The notes under the pieces were generated by a model. That model made no database searches. It saw only the letters and a list, made by a program, of their open reading frames with translations, and had not been told where the DNA came from. Below are positions 9,892-19,901 of a DNA stretch of 64,000 bases, piece after piece; within the stretch, counting starts at the first letter, position 1; each line of letters begins with the position of its first letter. The DNA is from Candidatus Woesebacteria bacterium (GTDB lineage: Bacteria > Patescibacteriota > Microgenomatia > UBA1400 > UBA1396). The stretch is from positions 73,481-137,480 of the forward strand of contig JAJOJK010000003.1 in NCBI GenBank assembly GCA_021208605.1. The letters are read 5' to 3'. Made by a program: the position numbers and the translations under genes.

Positions 9892-10227
9892 GTGAAAGAT
9901 CAGAGAAATAAAGAGAGTACGTATTTTCTTCCGAAAAAAAGTGTTCCCGCAATCCTGAAACAAGTTGGTGAAATAGATTCTTGTGATGCGGCTAATAGTC
10001 GACTCATTTTGCACGATATTCTGACCAATGTTGGCCTCATGTTGGGAGGACTTGCCCTTTCGAGTGTGCCAGTTCATGTTATTTCGCTGCTGTATACCGC
10101 GTATGTCGTGCGCAGAATGGCGAAAGCTGAACAGATGAAACGCGACCATTCGCTTTTCACCACTCGTTTATTTCAAGAACTCAATGATTTGAATGACCAT
10201 TCGGCTGATAATCAAAAGTTTCGATAA
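9892..10227 (+). CDS. Small hypothetical protein between rpmH and rnpA (GTG start); uncertain
   Basis: 111-aa ORF in operon orientation with a hydrophobic segment. The overlapping minus ORF 9715..10149 covers rpmH and is judged spurious. Confidence 0.25.
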   Translation: MKDQRNKESTYFLPKKSVPAILKQVGEIDSCDAANSRLILHDILTNVGLMLGGLALSSVPVHVISLLYTAYVVRRMAKAEQMKRDHSLFTTRLFQELNDLNDHSADNQKFR

Positions 10228-10244
10228 CGAGGTACACTACCAGT

Positions 10245-10607
10245 ATGCTCCCTGCAAAACTCCGCTTCCCGTTTCGTAAGTATCCTGATTTTTTTCAGCA
10301 GTCACGCTGGGGTGTGGTGCCGGGTGCTAAAAACGATCCATTGCTCCGCTCGCTTTCGTTTCGTGTTCAGCAAAAAGATGATTCAGGACTTCGTTGGGCT
10401 ATAGTCACCTCAAAGAAGGTCGGCAACGCCGTTGTGCGGGCGCAAAACAAGCGTTTTGTGCGCCAAGCCATCATTGAGCTGAGCCGCGAGGATGCATCCG
10501 TTTTTGCTCTGCCCTACAACGTGGTGGTGTATCTCCGCTCTTCTCTCTCTAGTACCGAAGAAGCCAAACAAATAATCACGCAATTTTTGAGAACGATTAT
10601 TGCTTAG
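10245..10607 (+). CDS. rnpA: RNase P protein component
   Basis: RnpA signature GNAVVRAQNKRFVRQA; size 120 aa; position after rpmH. Confidence 0.85.
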   Translation: MLPAKLRFPFRKYPDFFQQSRWGVVPGAKNDPLLRSLSFRVQQKDDSGLRWAIVTSKKVGNAVVRAQNKRFVRQAIIELSREDASVFALPYNVVVYLRSSLSSTEEAKQIITQFLRTIIA

Positions 10608-10694
10608 CTTTTTACTCTTTTCTTGGCGTCGAGTATGATACAATGCCAGTCTTGAACGGCGCTCTGCCCTCTCCGTCAAAATACAAAGGAATCG

Positions 10695-11446
10695 ATGAAT
10701 TTTGCATTTATTACTGAACCCATTGCCCAGTTACTTTTTTATCTGACCCAAACCACAGGCAATCTCGGGTGGGCCATTATTTTGCTGACTTTGATCGTCC
10801 GCGGTGCCATGATCCCTATTACGGTTCCTGGCCAACGCCAACAATTCGCCACGCGCAAAAAAATGAAGAAAATCCAGCCCAAGCTCAATGCGCTTAAGGA
10901 AAAGCACAAAGACGACGCCGTCAAACTCTCCAAAGCGCAAATGGACCTGTACAAAGAGCACGATATTAAGCTCTTTTCCTTCGCTTCTCTCTTGCCTTTA
11001 GTGCAAATTGTTTTCTTGATTGCTCTGTATCACGTGCTCTTACGTGAACTCGGTGCACTCGAGACACATCCTATCTTCTTTGGAATTGATCTTGCTTCCA
11101 GAGATACTACTTATATCTTGCCTGTCGTCGCCGCTGCCTTGCAGCTGATTATGTCAATTATGATCTTGCCAGGATTAGAAAAGCACGACGTCGTGCCAGA
11201 CAAGAGCAAGAAGAAAGCCTTGAAAGAGCTCAACGAAAAAGAGACTGACCAACAAGAAATGATGGAAGCTGTACAGCAACAAATGGTTTTCATTTTCCAG
11301 TAATTACTGGTATTTTAGCCGCCCAGTTCCCGGCCGGAGTAGCCCTGTATTGGGTTGCGACTACGTTGTTTAGCATTGTTCAGCAATACTTTATTTCTGG
11401 TCTGGGAGGACTCGAAAAATACCTGCCCGCACAGTTACGCAAGTAA
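10695..11446 (+). CDS. yidC: Membrane protein insertase YidC (short form), interrupted by a -1 frame break at ~11297
   Basis: ORF 10695..11303 carries the YidC core (QPKLNALKEKHKDDAVKLSKAQMDLYKEHDIKLFSFASLLPLVQIVFLIALY). The conserved C-terminal TM motif FPAGVALYWVATTLFSIVQQ is encoded in the +1 frame at 11305..11446. Adding one C at 'ttttcc' (11297-11298) restores a single ~250-aa YidC. Confidence 0.8.
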
Positions 11447-11458
11447 ACAGGAGGAAAT

Positions 11459-11920
11459 ATGACAGTACAAGAGTACGTCGATAAGGTGATTGATTACCTG
11501 ACCATTGAACCCGAGAACGTCGAGGTGAGAGAAGAGGACGAATATGTCTTCATCAATATTTTCGTTCCCGAGGACGACGCCGGAAAAATGATCGGTAAGC
11601 ACGGTGAAACAATCTCGAGCTTGGCTCACCTTGTTTCCGTCAGCTTTCACGATGAATTAACCGACAAAAAAGTCGTCGTTGACATCAATGACTACAAAAA
11701 TCGCCGCGAAGAAGAGTCCATTGAGATGGGCCGCCAGGCTGCAAAGAGAGTAGTGGAGACCTTGCGTCCGCACCACATGCCTCGTTCCTTGCACGCCCAC
11801 CAACGTCGTGCTGTGCACCATGATTTACAGTCCTACGAGGGCGTGTACACGCAGTCAGAAGGTGAGGGCAGAGACCGTCATATGGTTATTTACCCTGAAG
11901 GGTATGAAGCTGAAGAGTAA
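11459..11920 (+). CDS. jag: Jag/KhpB RNA-binding protein (KH + R3H domains)
   Basis: KH GxxG motif (GKMIGKHGETISSL), R3H-like LHAHQRRAVHHDL. Canonical rpmH-rnpA-yidC-jag order; AGGAGG Shine-Dalgarno upstream. Confidence 0.75.
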   Translation: MTVQEYVDKVIDYLTIEPENVEVREEDEYVFINIFVPEDDAGKMIGKHGETISSLAHLVSVSFHDELTDKKVVVDINDYKNRREEESIEMGRQAAKRVVETLRPHHMPRSLHAHQRRAVHHDLQSYEGVYTQSEGEGRDRHMVIYPEGYEAEE

Positions 11921-11946
11921 CCTACTACTTAGTTTGGAATAGAAAA

Positions 11947-11969
11947 GGGCTCCGTTGGGAGCCCTTTTT
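11947..11969 (+). terminator. Rho-independent terminator after jag
   Basis: Stem gggctcc / loop gttg / ggagccc followed by ttttt. Confidence 0.7.
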
Positions 11970-12114
11970 ACGATTCTTAGTTAGAAATTTTTATTACCGT
12001 TGTGGTTCTACTGACTCATCTGGTTGAGAACCACGAGCCATAGCCTCTTGTTGCTCAATTCTTGCCATTGTGGCCTGAGTGTTTTTTCTAGCTCGAGTAG
12101 TATAAAATGACCGC

Positions 12115-12537
12115 ATGACACTTCAGATCAACACCGACGGCGGCAGCCGGGGCAATCCAGGCAGAGCAGCGTATGGCGTGGTATACACCATGGATGGCGT
12201 GCCGCAACTAGAAAAATCGGGCTTTTTGGGAATTGCCACCAATAACGAAGCCGAATACCAAGGCTTGATTGTCGCCTTGGAGAACTTACCTGAATTCCTC
12301 AAGAACAACGCCGTGAAGAGCGTGGTTATTAAAATGGACTCAAATCTCGTCGTACAGCAGGTCAATGGCGCCTGGAAAACCAAGGATGCGCGTATGCGTG
12401 ACTACGTGGTGCAAGCTCGCCAGTTGTTGCAGCAGGTCGCGATCCCGGTCCGCTTAGAGTATGTGCCCCGAGCTCAGAATTCTGAGGCCGACCGCTTGGT
12501 GAATAAATGCCTGGATCAGATTGCTCTGCAAGAATAA
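12115..12537 (+). CDS. rnhA: Ribonuclease H (RNase HI-type)
   Basis: DGGSRGNPGRAAYG, TNNEAEYQGL, DSNLVVQQVNG, QNSEADRLVN, matching RNase H DEDD catalytic motifs. Confidence 0.75.
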   Translation: MTLQINTDGGSRGNPGRAAYGVVYTMDGVPQLEKSGFLGIATNNEAEYQGLIVALENLPEFLKNNAVKSVVIKMDSNLVVQQVNGAWKTKDARMRDYVVQARQLLQQVAIPVRLEYVPRAQNSEADRLVNKCLDQIALQE

Positions 12538-12725
12538 ATTCCACTTTTGGGGATGTCGCAGCATGCGTGTCGAATACTCTTCTGCGAAGATCGAATCGCG
12601 TAAAAATAGCGAGACCACGTGAATTTATTCAGTTCTATCCGCTTTTTTTAATCACACTTATTCGGTAGAGTCCATTGAAATGGACGAAGAAACAGTGCTC
12701 AAAACATTTCCGCTAGCGTGAGTGA

Positions 12726-15266
12726 GTGGGCGGCGTATACACTACACATATGCGCCAGCGTTTTGTCGTCGAAATCGTTGATGATGAACCTGCCTCGACC
12801 TCTGACGCTTCTGTAAATACCCAGACCCCTGAAGGCCATGGGTTGCCAGAGCCAGACTCGGGAGCTTTTCGTGCGCCGGAATCTCCGTTTGAACCGCCGC
12901 TCCAAGATGTGCAGTCAGTGCCGGTTTCTCAACCCGTGGAACAGCCAGTTTCTCGATATCAAGAATCTGTCCCTTCATCAGTTCCGCAAGCTCCAACAGC
13001 AAGTAATCGAACGCACGTGCCAGTCTCTCCGCCTTCTGAACCGAATCCCCGGCCTCCAGTCGTGGCTCAGCCTCCCAGCATGCAGTTTGTCAAACGGGCT
13101 CAGCAGAATCATGACAGAGCCAAAGCACCGGATATTTTTGAGCAACGTCAGTCACACGTGCAGGGGTTGTTTCAAGAAGCCCAACTGAATGATGCTCGCG
13201 AAGAGCATCCGCACGTCGAGCAACCAGCTGTGACGCGGCGCCGTCAGCGGGAAATTCTGCGTTCAACGAGAGAGCAGGCTTTTCAGGAGCAGCTGCAAAA
13301 TACGACCGTTCCCAAGACCAAAATAGAGCAGTTTTACCAATCTCAACCAGATTACGCCCCAACGCAACCAGCTTCGCCAAGGAAACAAAATAGTTGGAAA
13401 CAGAGCATTCTTCGGTCCTTGCGCATAGGACGTCGCGTAACTGTTGGCATGGTGTTGATTTTGGTCCTGGTTGGCTCGGTAGCCGGAGCGGCTTTTGCCG
13501 TGCGAGCCGATTTGCATGATACGAAAGTCCAGGTGCAAGGGTTGGTTTCAGACATGGAAACCGGACAAATTCGCTCGGCCAAAGAGCGGGTAGAGATACT
13601 TCGTCGTAAGCAGGCTCGATATACCACTGTGTACCGCTGGAGCAGAGGAGTGCTTCCCGTGGTTTTAGGAGAGCAAAAAACCACTCATCTCGATAAGCTT
13701 TTATCGATTTCTGACTCTGGTTTATACGTTATCGAAAACGGATTTGAGACGTATGACCTCATGCAAACTGGATATCAGCAGTTCTTGGGCGAAGACAGTG
13801 GTGATGCAATCACGACTTTAACGCAAGTGTCCGGCGAGCTCGAAGCCGTATTTACCGATCTCTCTTCTTTGCAAGCCGAGCTCCAAGGTCTTGATAACCC
13901 ATTTGGCATCGCCGTGCTGGATGAAGTTCGTAGAGAAGTGAGTTCTTCATTCCCGGAACTGCGCCGTGCCGTGCTGGCGGCCCAACAGATGAGCTATGCC
14001 TTGCCAGAACTCTTGGGTGAAGACGGAAAAAAACAGTACTTAGTGCTTTTGCAGAATAACGAAGAACTCCGGCCGACTGGCGGATTTATTGGCTCTTTTG
14101 CCATTTTAACTGTCGAGAAAGGTCGCTTTGTCGACTTCCGTGTGGAAGATGTCTATGAGGCCGATGGCCAACTCCAAGGCTACGTGACGCCGCCCGAAGA
14201 GATTGTGCAGTACTTGGGTGAGGCGCAGTGGTATCTCCGCGACGTGAACTGGGATCCCGATTTTCCCACCGTGGCCGACCAAGCCGGCTGGTTCCTCAAC
14301 AAGGAGATCAATATCCAGCCCGATGGCGTGATCGGCATCAATCTTCATGTGGCGCAAAAATTGTTGGAAGTCACCGGTCCCGTCCAGCTGGTAGACTACG
14401 ACGAAGTCATCACCAAAGATAATCTCTACGAGCGCGCCGAAATGCACTCCGAAATCAATTTCTTCCCTGGCTCTACCCAAAAACGCGATTTCTTGAGCGC
14501 CGTGGCGAATCAATTGTTTGACAAGCTTATGAACTCTGAAGATACCAATACGCTGGCAGTCATGGAGGCTTTGTATGAGTCAGCGGAAGAATCGCAGTTA
14601 TTGGTTTCGGTGGACGCTCCGCAAGCCCGCACCGCCTTCCAGAATTTGGGGTGGACCGGCGCGGTGTTGAGTCCGAACTGTCCGTCACCGTTTAACGAAG
14701 ATGTGTGTTTTGTCGACACCGTGATGCAAGTAGAAGCCAACGTGGGGGTGAATAAAGCCAACCAGTACATTGAACGTGAGATTGCGCACCACACCATTGT
14801 CGGTAAAGAACAAGTAAAGCACGAGCGCAGCATGACCTTTACCAATACCGCTGACTCAAACGCATGGCCGGAAGGCGCGTACAAGAACTATTTACGGCTG
14901 TTTGTGCCCGCAAACGCCTCATTGAACACTGTGACCATAGACGGCACCGTTTTGGACGCCTCAGCGGTCCGTGTCATCGATGAAGGAGATAAAGAATCAT
15001 TTGGCTTCCTAGTGAACGTCCCGATTCGTTCTACGGTCACCGTGGAAGTCGAGTACACCGTGCCAGTTCCCGCAGATCAACGCCAAGTGTATGCACTCTT
15101 CGAGCAAAAGCAATCTGGCACGGCTGATGATGAAGTTGTGCACACCGTTGAAGTCCTCGGCCGTAGTGTTTTAACCGTGGCGCCGGAACCGGTCATTGAA
15201 GGTCGCACCATGGAGTTTGTTTCCGATCGCACCACGCACCAGTTTATGGCTGTGGAGATGGAGTAA
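12726..15266 (+). CDS. DUF4012-family membrane protein (single TM, large extracytoplasmic domain)
   Basis: TM VTVGMVLILVLVGSVAGAAFAV followed by the DUF4012 hallmark LQNNEELRPTGGFIGSFA. Start may be the internal M at ~12750. Confidence 0.6.
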   Translation: MGGVYTTHMRQRFVVEIVDDEPASTSDASVNTQTPEGHGLPEPDSGAFRAPESPFEPPLQDVQSVPVSQPVEQPVSRYQESVPSSVPQAPTASNRTHVPVSPPSEPNPRPPVVAQPPSMQFVKRAQQNHDRAKAPDIFEQRQSHVQGLFQEAQLNDAREEHPHVEQPAVTRRRQREILRSTREQAFQEQLQNTTVPKTKIEQFYQSQPDYAPTQPASPRKQNSWKQSILRSLRIGRRVTVGMVLILVLVGSVAGAAFAVRADLHDTKVQVQGLVSDMETGQIRSAKERVEILRRKQARYTTVYRWSRGVLPVVLGEQKTTHLDKLLSISDSGLYVIENGFETYDLMQTGYQQFLGEDSGDAITTLTQVSGELEAVFTDLSSLQAELQGLDNPFGIAVLDEVRREVSSSFPELRRAVLAAQQMSYALPELLGEDGKKQYLVLLQNNEELRPTGGFIGSFAILTVEKGRFVDFRVEDVYEADGQLQGYVTPPEEIVQYLGEAQWYLRDVNWDPDFPTVADQAGWFLNKEINIQPDGVIGINLHVAQKLLEVTGPVQLVDYDEVITKDNLYERAEMHSEINFFPGSTQKRDFLSAVANQLFDKLMNSEDTNTLAVMEALYESAEESQLLVSVDAPQARTAFQNLGWTGAVLSPNCPSPFNEDVCFVDTVMQVEANVGVNKANQYIEREIAHHTIVGKEQVKHERSMTFTNTADSNAWPEGAYKNYLRLFVPANASLNTVTIDGTVLDASAVRVIDEGDKESFGFLVNVPIRSTVTVEVEYTVPVPADQRQVYALFEQKQSGTADDEVVHTVEVLGRSVLTVAPEPVIEGRTMEFVSDRTTHQFMAVEME

Positions 15267-15444
15267 ATTTACACAAACTTCGTATTGTTTGTGTTGTTTC
15301 AGTCGTTACAAAAAACGTATTAATAGAGCTTAGTCAGCTTGTAAAAAATTGATGAACCAGTAGAAAACCATTTTATCCACTTGGATAATATGGTGGAAAT
15401 TGGAACTGGATCGAGCCGAGTAGTTCTTATTTTTGAACGCTGAT

Positions 15445-17775
15445 TTATTCTGGCCACTGAGAAGTAATCAGCAGTCTGTCTTCACGTCGCAGTTGTTGCC
15501 ATACCGCTTCCGTCACAAATGGCATGAATGGGTGGAGGAGTTGCAAACTGATGAAGTAGACGTGACTGACGGTTGCTCGATAGGCGTCGGTTTCCGTGCG
15601 GTCTTTGTTGTTTTCCAGATAGCCGTTCGCAAAGTCATTCCAGAGGAAGTCGTAGATGCCGAGAGCGGCGTCGCTAAAGCGGAACTTTTCTAAGTTCTCG
15701 GTGACGCTGGTTACCAACTCATCGAGCTGGTTGAGGATCTTAGTATCTTCAGCGGAAAATTCGTTGGCATCTACTTCGCTCACAGCGGGAGACCTGCCAT
15801 GCTCACTTTCCGAAATCTGAATAAAGCGACCAATGTTCCAAATCTTATTGCCGAAGTTGCGGTAGCCTTTCACTTTGGGTTCGCTCAGCGCAATTGGGTT
15901 GCCCGGTGCGGATCCGGCCACTAAGGCAATGCGCAGCGCGTCTGCACCGTATTTTTCGACGATGTCGAGCGGGTTGATCACGTTGCCTTTGGACTTACTC
16001 ATTTTGGCGCCTTTAGAGTCGGTCACCATGGAGTGGAGGTAGACGTGTTTGAAGGGCACATCGCCAGTCAAATAGGTGCCGAGCATGATCATGCGCGCCA
16101 CCCAGAAGAAAAGGATGTCCCACATGGTGTCCAAGAGAGAAGTGGGGTAGAACTGCTGGAAGTTTTCGCCATCTGGATACTTCAAAACGACGAGCGGCCA
16201 CTGACCAGAACTAAACCACGTGTCGAACGTATCGGTTTCCTGGATGAAGTCGTCACCGGGACTTTCGGGACTAATTTCAAATGGCGTTTCGGTGGGCGCG
16301 ATGAGGCTTTGTAGACCAGCGCGAATTTCTACTAACTCGAATCCAGCCTCGTAGGCTTTTTCGAGTGTGAGATTGTGGCGTTCACCATTGGTATCGAGGA
16401 ATGACACAAAAATGTTGGTATTTTCGCGAGCGTTGTACCACACCGGCATGCGGATTCCCCACACAATTTGGCGAGAGATTGGCCAGTCGCGGATGTTTTC
16501 CAGCCATTGTTGGTACTGTTTCACAAACCGAGACGGAATGAGCTCAACTTTGTTTTGCTCGACCGCTTCTAAGCCAAGTTTTGCCAACGGCTCCATGTTC
16601 ACAAACCAGTTCGGGTAGGGAAGCGGTTCGATAGTGTGTTTGCCTTTATAGCACACCGTGACTTTATTTTGGTATTTCTCGTCGATTTTTTCGAGTGAGT
16701 TTTCGGCTTCCAAAAGCTTGACCACCGCTGGGCGAGCATGGAAGATTGATTGATTGTGGAACTGTGTTTTCAGTTGTTCGGCGCGACCTTTTGCCGGTTC
16801 TTGTTCTGGGTTGTGCCACTCGAGATCGATTTTCCCCAGCGTGTTGATGGTGACGTGGAGGGGCAAGTCATGTTTTTTGCCGAGCTCAAAGTCGTTCGGA
16901 TCGTGAGCGGGCGTGATTTTGAGCATACCGGTGCCGAATTCTGGATCGACGTACTCGTCTTCAATGATCGGAATAGGCTGCTTGGTGAGCGGATTCAAAA
17001 CGTATTCGCCATGCAACGCTTTGGCTCGAGGGTCTTCAGGATGGATGGCTACAGCAGCGTCAGCAAAAATAGTCTCCGGGCGCACGGTAGCGACGGTGAT
17101 ATACATGATCTCTTCGCCATTGATGATGCGTGGCTCGCCATCCGAAAAACGGTAGCGGACGTAGTAGAGCGGCGAGGTTTGGTCTTCGTGGGTGACTTCT
17201 AGATCGGCAAAAGTCGTTCCGCATTTCGGACAGTAGTTCACCAGATAATTGTCGCGGTAAATGAGGCCGTCTTTGGCCAGCTTGGAGAATGTTTCGTGGA
17301 CGGTTTTGATAACGTGCTCATCGAGCGTGAAGGTTTTTTGCGACCAGTCCGCTGAAAATCCGAGCCGACGCATTTGGTTTTCGATGAGGCCAGAATTCTG
17401 CTTTACGAAGTCGAAAATATTTTCGTAGAGCGTTTCGCGGTCAAACTGGAAACGGGACTTCTTTTCTTTTTTGAGGTGTTTTTCGTACACAAACTGCGTT
17501 TCAAAACCAGCGTGATCCGTGCCGGGGAACCAGACTGTGGGGTGGCCTTGCATGCGTTTGAAGCGAGTCATGATGTCTTGGATGACGTACATGGCGTGAC
17601 CAGCGTGCAGCGAGGCATTCGCATTTGGCGGTGGCATGAGGATGGAGAAGGGTTCTTTGTTAGGATCGGTGGAAGTTGCTTGTGGCGTAAATGCGCCCGC
17701 TTCTTCCCACTGTGCGTAAATCGCTTCTTCGTGGTCTTCGTGCTTGTACTGCTTGGGCAAAATGTCGGAATTCAT
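15445..17775 (-). CDS. valS: Valine--tRNA ligase
   Basis: Class I HIGH region (PPPNANASLHAGHAM), KMSKS (KMSKSKGN), editing and anticodon-binding domains typical of ValRS. Start taken at the ATG at 17773-17775 (MNSDILPKQY...); the longer ORF to 17946 runs through a palindrome. Confidence 0.85.
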   Translation of the reverse strand: MNSDILPKQYKHEDHEEAIYAQWEEAGAFTPQATSTDPNKEPFSILMPPPNANASLHAGHAMYVIQDIMTRFKRMQGHPTVWFPGTDHAGFETQFVYEKHLKKEKKSRFQFDRETLYENIFDFVKQNSGLIENQMRRLGFSADWSQKTFTLDEHVIKTVHETFSKLAKDGLIYRDNYLVNYCPKCGTTFADLEVTHEDQTSPLYYVRYRFSDGEPRIINGEEIMYITVATVRPETIFADAAVAIHPEDPRAKALHGEYVLNPLTKQPIPIIEDEYVDPEFGTGMLKITPAHDPNDFELGKKHDLPLHVTINTLGKIDLEWHNPEQEPAKGRAEQLKTQFHNQSIFHARPAVVKLLEAENSLEKIDEKYQNKVTVCYKGKHTIEPLPYPNWFVNMEPLAKLGLEAVEQNKVELIPSRFVKQYQQWLENIRDWPISRQIVWGIRMPVWYNARENTNIFVSFLDTNGERHNLTLEKAYEAGFELVEIRAGLQSLIAPTETPFEISPESPGDDFIQETDTFDTWFSSGQWPLVVLKYPDGENFQQFYPTSLLDTMWDILFFWVARMIMLGTYLTGDVPFKHVYLHSMVTDSKGAKMSKSKGNVINPLDIVEKYGADALRIALVAGSAPGNPIALSEPKVKGYRNFGNKIWNIGRFIQISESEHGRSPAVSEVDANEFSAEDTKILNQLDELVTSVTENLEKFRFSDAALGIYDFLWNDFANGYLENNKDRTETDAYRATVSHVYFISLQLLHPFMPFVTEAVWQQLRREDRLLITSQWPE

Positions 17776-17832
17776 GGGTGGATTATAGCAGGGATGGCAA
17801 CTGATTTCTTCAGGGTTCTCCTGTTGTTGAGT

Positions 17833-17870
17833 TTTCTCAAGAAGGAGAATCCTAGGATTCTCCTTCTTGA
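17833..17870. promoter_or_regulatory. 38-bp perfect palindrome in the valS / exonuclease divergent intergenic region
   Basis: ctcaagaaggagaatcc|taggattctccttcttgag centred on cctagg. A third GGAGAATCC half-site sits at ~17886-17894. Confidence 0.5.
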
Positions 17871-18010
17871 GGTAGTTGTGGAGCAGGAGAATCCGAAAAG
17901 ATCTATTCCCGCACCATCCTCGCACTATTCTCGTAGACTCTATCAAACTATATCATTTCTATTTTTGTTTGGATTGCCAAAGCTTCTCAAAACCGGCATA
18001 GTACAGAACT

Positions 18011-18598
18011 ATGCGACACGTATTCATGGATGTAGAAACTCAGAAAAGTTTTGAAGAAGTTGGCGGGTATTTTCCCGAGAAGCTGGGCGTCAGTTTCGTG
18101 GGCATTTGTATCCGCGACGGCTACAACGGACCTGGCGAGTTCAAAGGCTTTTTCGAACAAGACTTACCCAAACTCTGGCCAATTTTCGAAACGGCTGATG
18201 TAGTGATTGGCTTTAATAATCTCGGATTCGACAACGAAACCTTGAGGCCGTACTACAGCGGAGATCCAAATCAGTGGAATAATCTCGATCTCATGGCCCG
18301 CTTCAAGGAAGCTACCGGACACCGCATCGGGTTAGATGCCATTGCCAAAGAGTCAGTTGGAGCGGGGAAGACCGGCAACGGACTCGATGCCATCAAGTAC
18401 TACCGCGAAAATCGCTTGCGCGAGTTGGCCAAGTACTGCTTGCAAGATGTGGCTATCACGCGCGATGTGTACGATTTTGGTCGGACACACAACAAAGTGG
18501 TCTACACCAACAAGTGGAATCGCCGTATTGAGTCGGCGGTGGATTTTACCTATGTGCCGACGGCTGCGAGCGGGGTGCAGATGGCACTTCTCGGATGA
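18011..18598 (+). CDS. DEDD-type 3'-5' exonuclease domain protein
   Basis: Exo I FMDVETQ, Exo II GFNNLGFDNE, Exo III YCLQDVAITRDVY (DEDDy pattern). Confidence 0.55.
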   Translation: MRHVFMDVETQKSFEEVGGYFPEKLGVSFVGICIRDGYNGPGEFKGFFEQDLPKLWPIFETADVVIGFNNLGFDNETLRPYYSGDPNQWNNLDLMARFKEATGHRIGLDAIAKESVGAGKTGNGLDAIKYYRENRLRELAKYCLQDVAITRDVYDFGRTHNKVVYTNKWNRRIESAVDFTYVPTAASGVQMALLG

Positions 18599-18601
18599 TT
18601 A

Positions 18602-18628
18602 GAGAGGGACCGACCCTTAGGCCTATAA
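18602..18628. repeat. REP-like repeat copy (gagagggaccgacccttaggcctataa)
   Basis: Near-identical to 39794..39820 and to the reverse complement of 40292..40315 and 40447..40471. Confidence 0.6.
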
Positions 18629-18662
18629 CTCCAAAATTTCCATAGCATGATACAATTCCTCT

Positions 18663-19622
18663 ATGCCAACAATTTTTGATGCTTCCGCAGAAGAGCAGAA
18701 GAAAAAGCAGAAAGCTGTCGAACAACAGTTGGCTGATATTCAACGCGAAAGAAAACAGAATTTAAAGAAGAACCAGGCTAAAAAGACAAAAAAAACAGCT
18801 AACTCTGTTCCCAAAAAAACATTGAAATTGACGAACTCAACAGGTATTCCTCAAATTGAACACGCCTCAATACCGACTGCAGAAACAGATCAAAAATCAG
18901 AAATTTCATTCTCCAAAACTGAGAAAAACGTGCCAAAGGACCGTCCTTCCATGACCTCCAAGCCCACCGCGAACCCCACGCCACAAACAACCCCCACAAC
19001 CCCGTCAGCAAAGCGCCGACCAGAAGAGTACAGCTCCGTTTTGAGAGGTGAGCGCCCAAGTAATGGAATTTTCGCCGCCTTCATGCCCCAGCCCCACGGC
19101 GTCGGGTTTGAGTCTCAGCATGAGCACGAGGAGATTCTGCTGGTGTTGCGTCAACATCCAGTCGTTAACGTGGTTTGGGTTACCATCACAATTATTCTGA
19201 TGCTGGCACCATTTTTGTTGTTCCCAATGATTCCGCTGCAGGTTATTTTGCCCGGGGTGTATATGTTTTTCTTGATGGTGGCCTGGTATTTATTCGTCAC
19301 GGCGTATGTGATTGAAAGTTTTTTGGGTTGGTACTTCAACATTTACATCATCACCGACGAAAGAATTATCGACATCGATTTCTATTCCTTAATCTACAAG
19401 TCAGTTTCTGAAGCCAAAATCGAGAAAATTGAAGACGTCACCTCAACAACCGCTGGTTTCTTTGGGGCATTTTTCAATTACGGCAATATTGCCATTCAGA
19501 CCGCCGCCGAGAAGCGCGAGTTTGAGTTCGCCCGGGTGCCGCAACCAGCCAAGATAACTAAGTTTTTGAACGAACTCATGATTGAAGAAGAACGGGAGAA
19601 AATTGAAGGGAGGGTGATGTAA
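18663..19622 (+). CDS. Membrane protein with a bacterial PH (bPH_2 / YdbT-like) domain
   Basis: K/Q-rich N-terminus, two TM helices, then YFNIYIITDERIIDIDF...EFEFARVPQPAKITKFL, typical of membrane-flanked PH domains. Confidence 0.5.
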   Translation: MPTIFDASAEEQKKKQKAVEQQLADIQRERKQNLKKNQAKKTKKTANSVPKKTLKLTNSTGIPQIEHASIPTAETDQKSEISFSKTEKNVPKDRPSMTSKPTANPTPQTTPTTPSAKRRPEEYSSVLRGERPSNGIFAAFMPQPHGVGFESQHEHEEILLVLRQHPVVNVVWVTITIILMLAPFLLFPMIPLQVILPGVYMFFLMVAWYLFVTAYVIESFLGWYFNIYIITDERIIDIDFYSLIYKSVSEAKIEKIEDVTSTTAGFFGAFFNYGNIAIQTAAEKREFEFARVPQPAKITKFLNELMIEEEREKIEGRVM

Positions 19623-19891
19623 TGGAAAACTCTCCGTTTGCTAACTCACCATTTATGACCGGTGAAATTTTCACCCCTGATGGACTGGGCGTTTTTTACC
19701 GCGCCGGCTTAAAAGCATCATTCTTGGTGGCGTTTGCTCTGTATGTTGTTTTTGCTATTGTAGTAATTCGTCAGGTGTTCTTGATGGAGCACACTATCAA
19801 CACGCCGTTGCACTTTGTGTTGAAGGTGTTTGCGATTGGACACTTGATAGTGTCGTTATTTGTTTTCTTGTTGGCCTTTTTAGTGTTGTAA
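19622..19891 (+). CDS. Small hydrophobic membrane protein, 89 aa
   Basis: Start overlaps the upstream stop (ATGTAATGG-style coupling); two predicted TM helices. Confidence 0.45.
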   Translation: MENSPFANSPFMTGEIFTPDGLGVFYRAGLKASFLVAFALYVVFAIVVIRQVFLMEHTINTPLHFVLKVFAIGHLIVSLFVFLLAFLVL

Positions 19892-19901
19892 ACGAGTTTC
19901 C

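Noticed and set aside
9715-10149. Minus-strand 144-aa ORF
   Set aside because: It fully overlaps the unmistakable rpmH (L34) gene on the other strand.
17776-18010. T-box riboswitch in the valS leader
   Set aside because: No T-box consensus (AGGGTGGNACCGCG) is found on the valS-sense strand. The region is instead dominated by the 38-bp palindrome.
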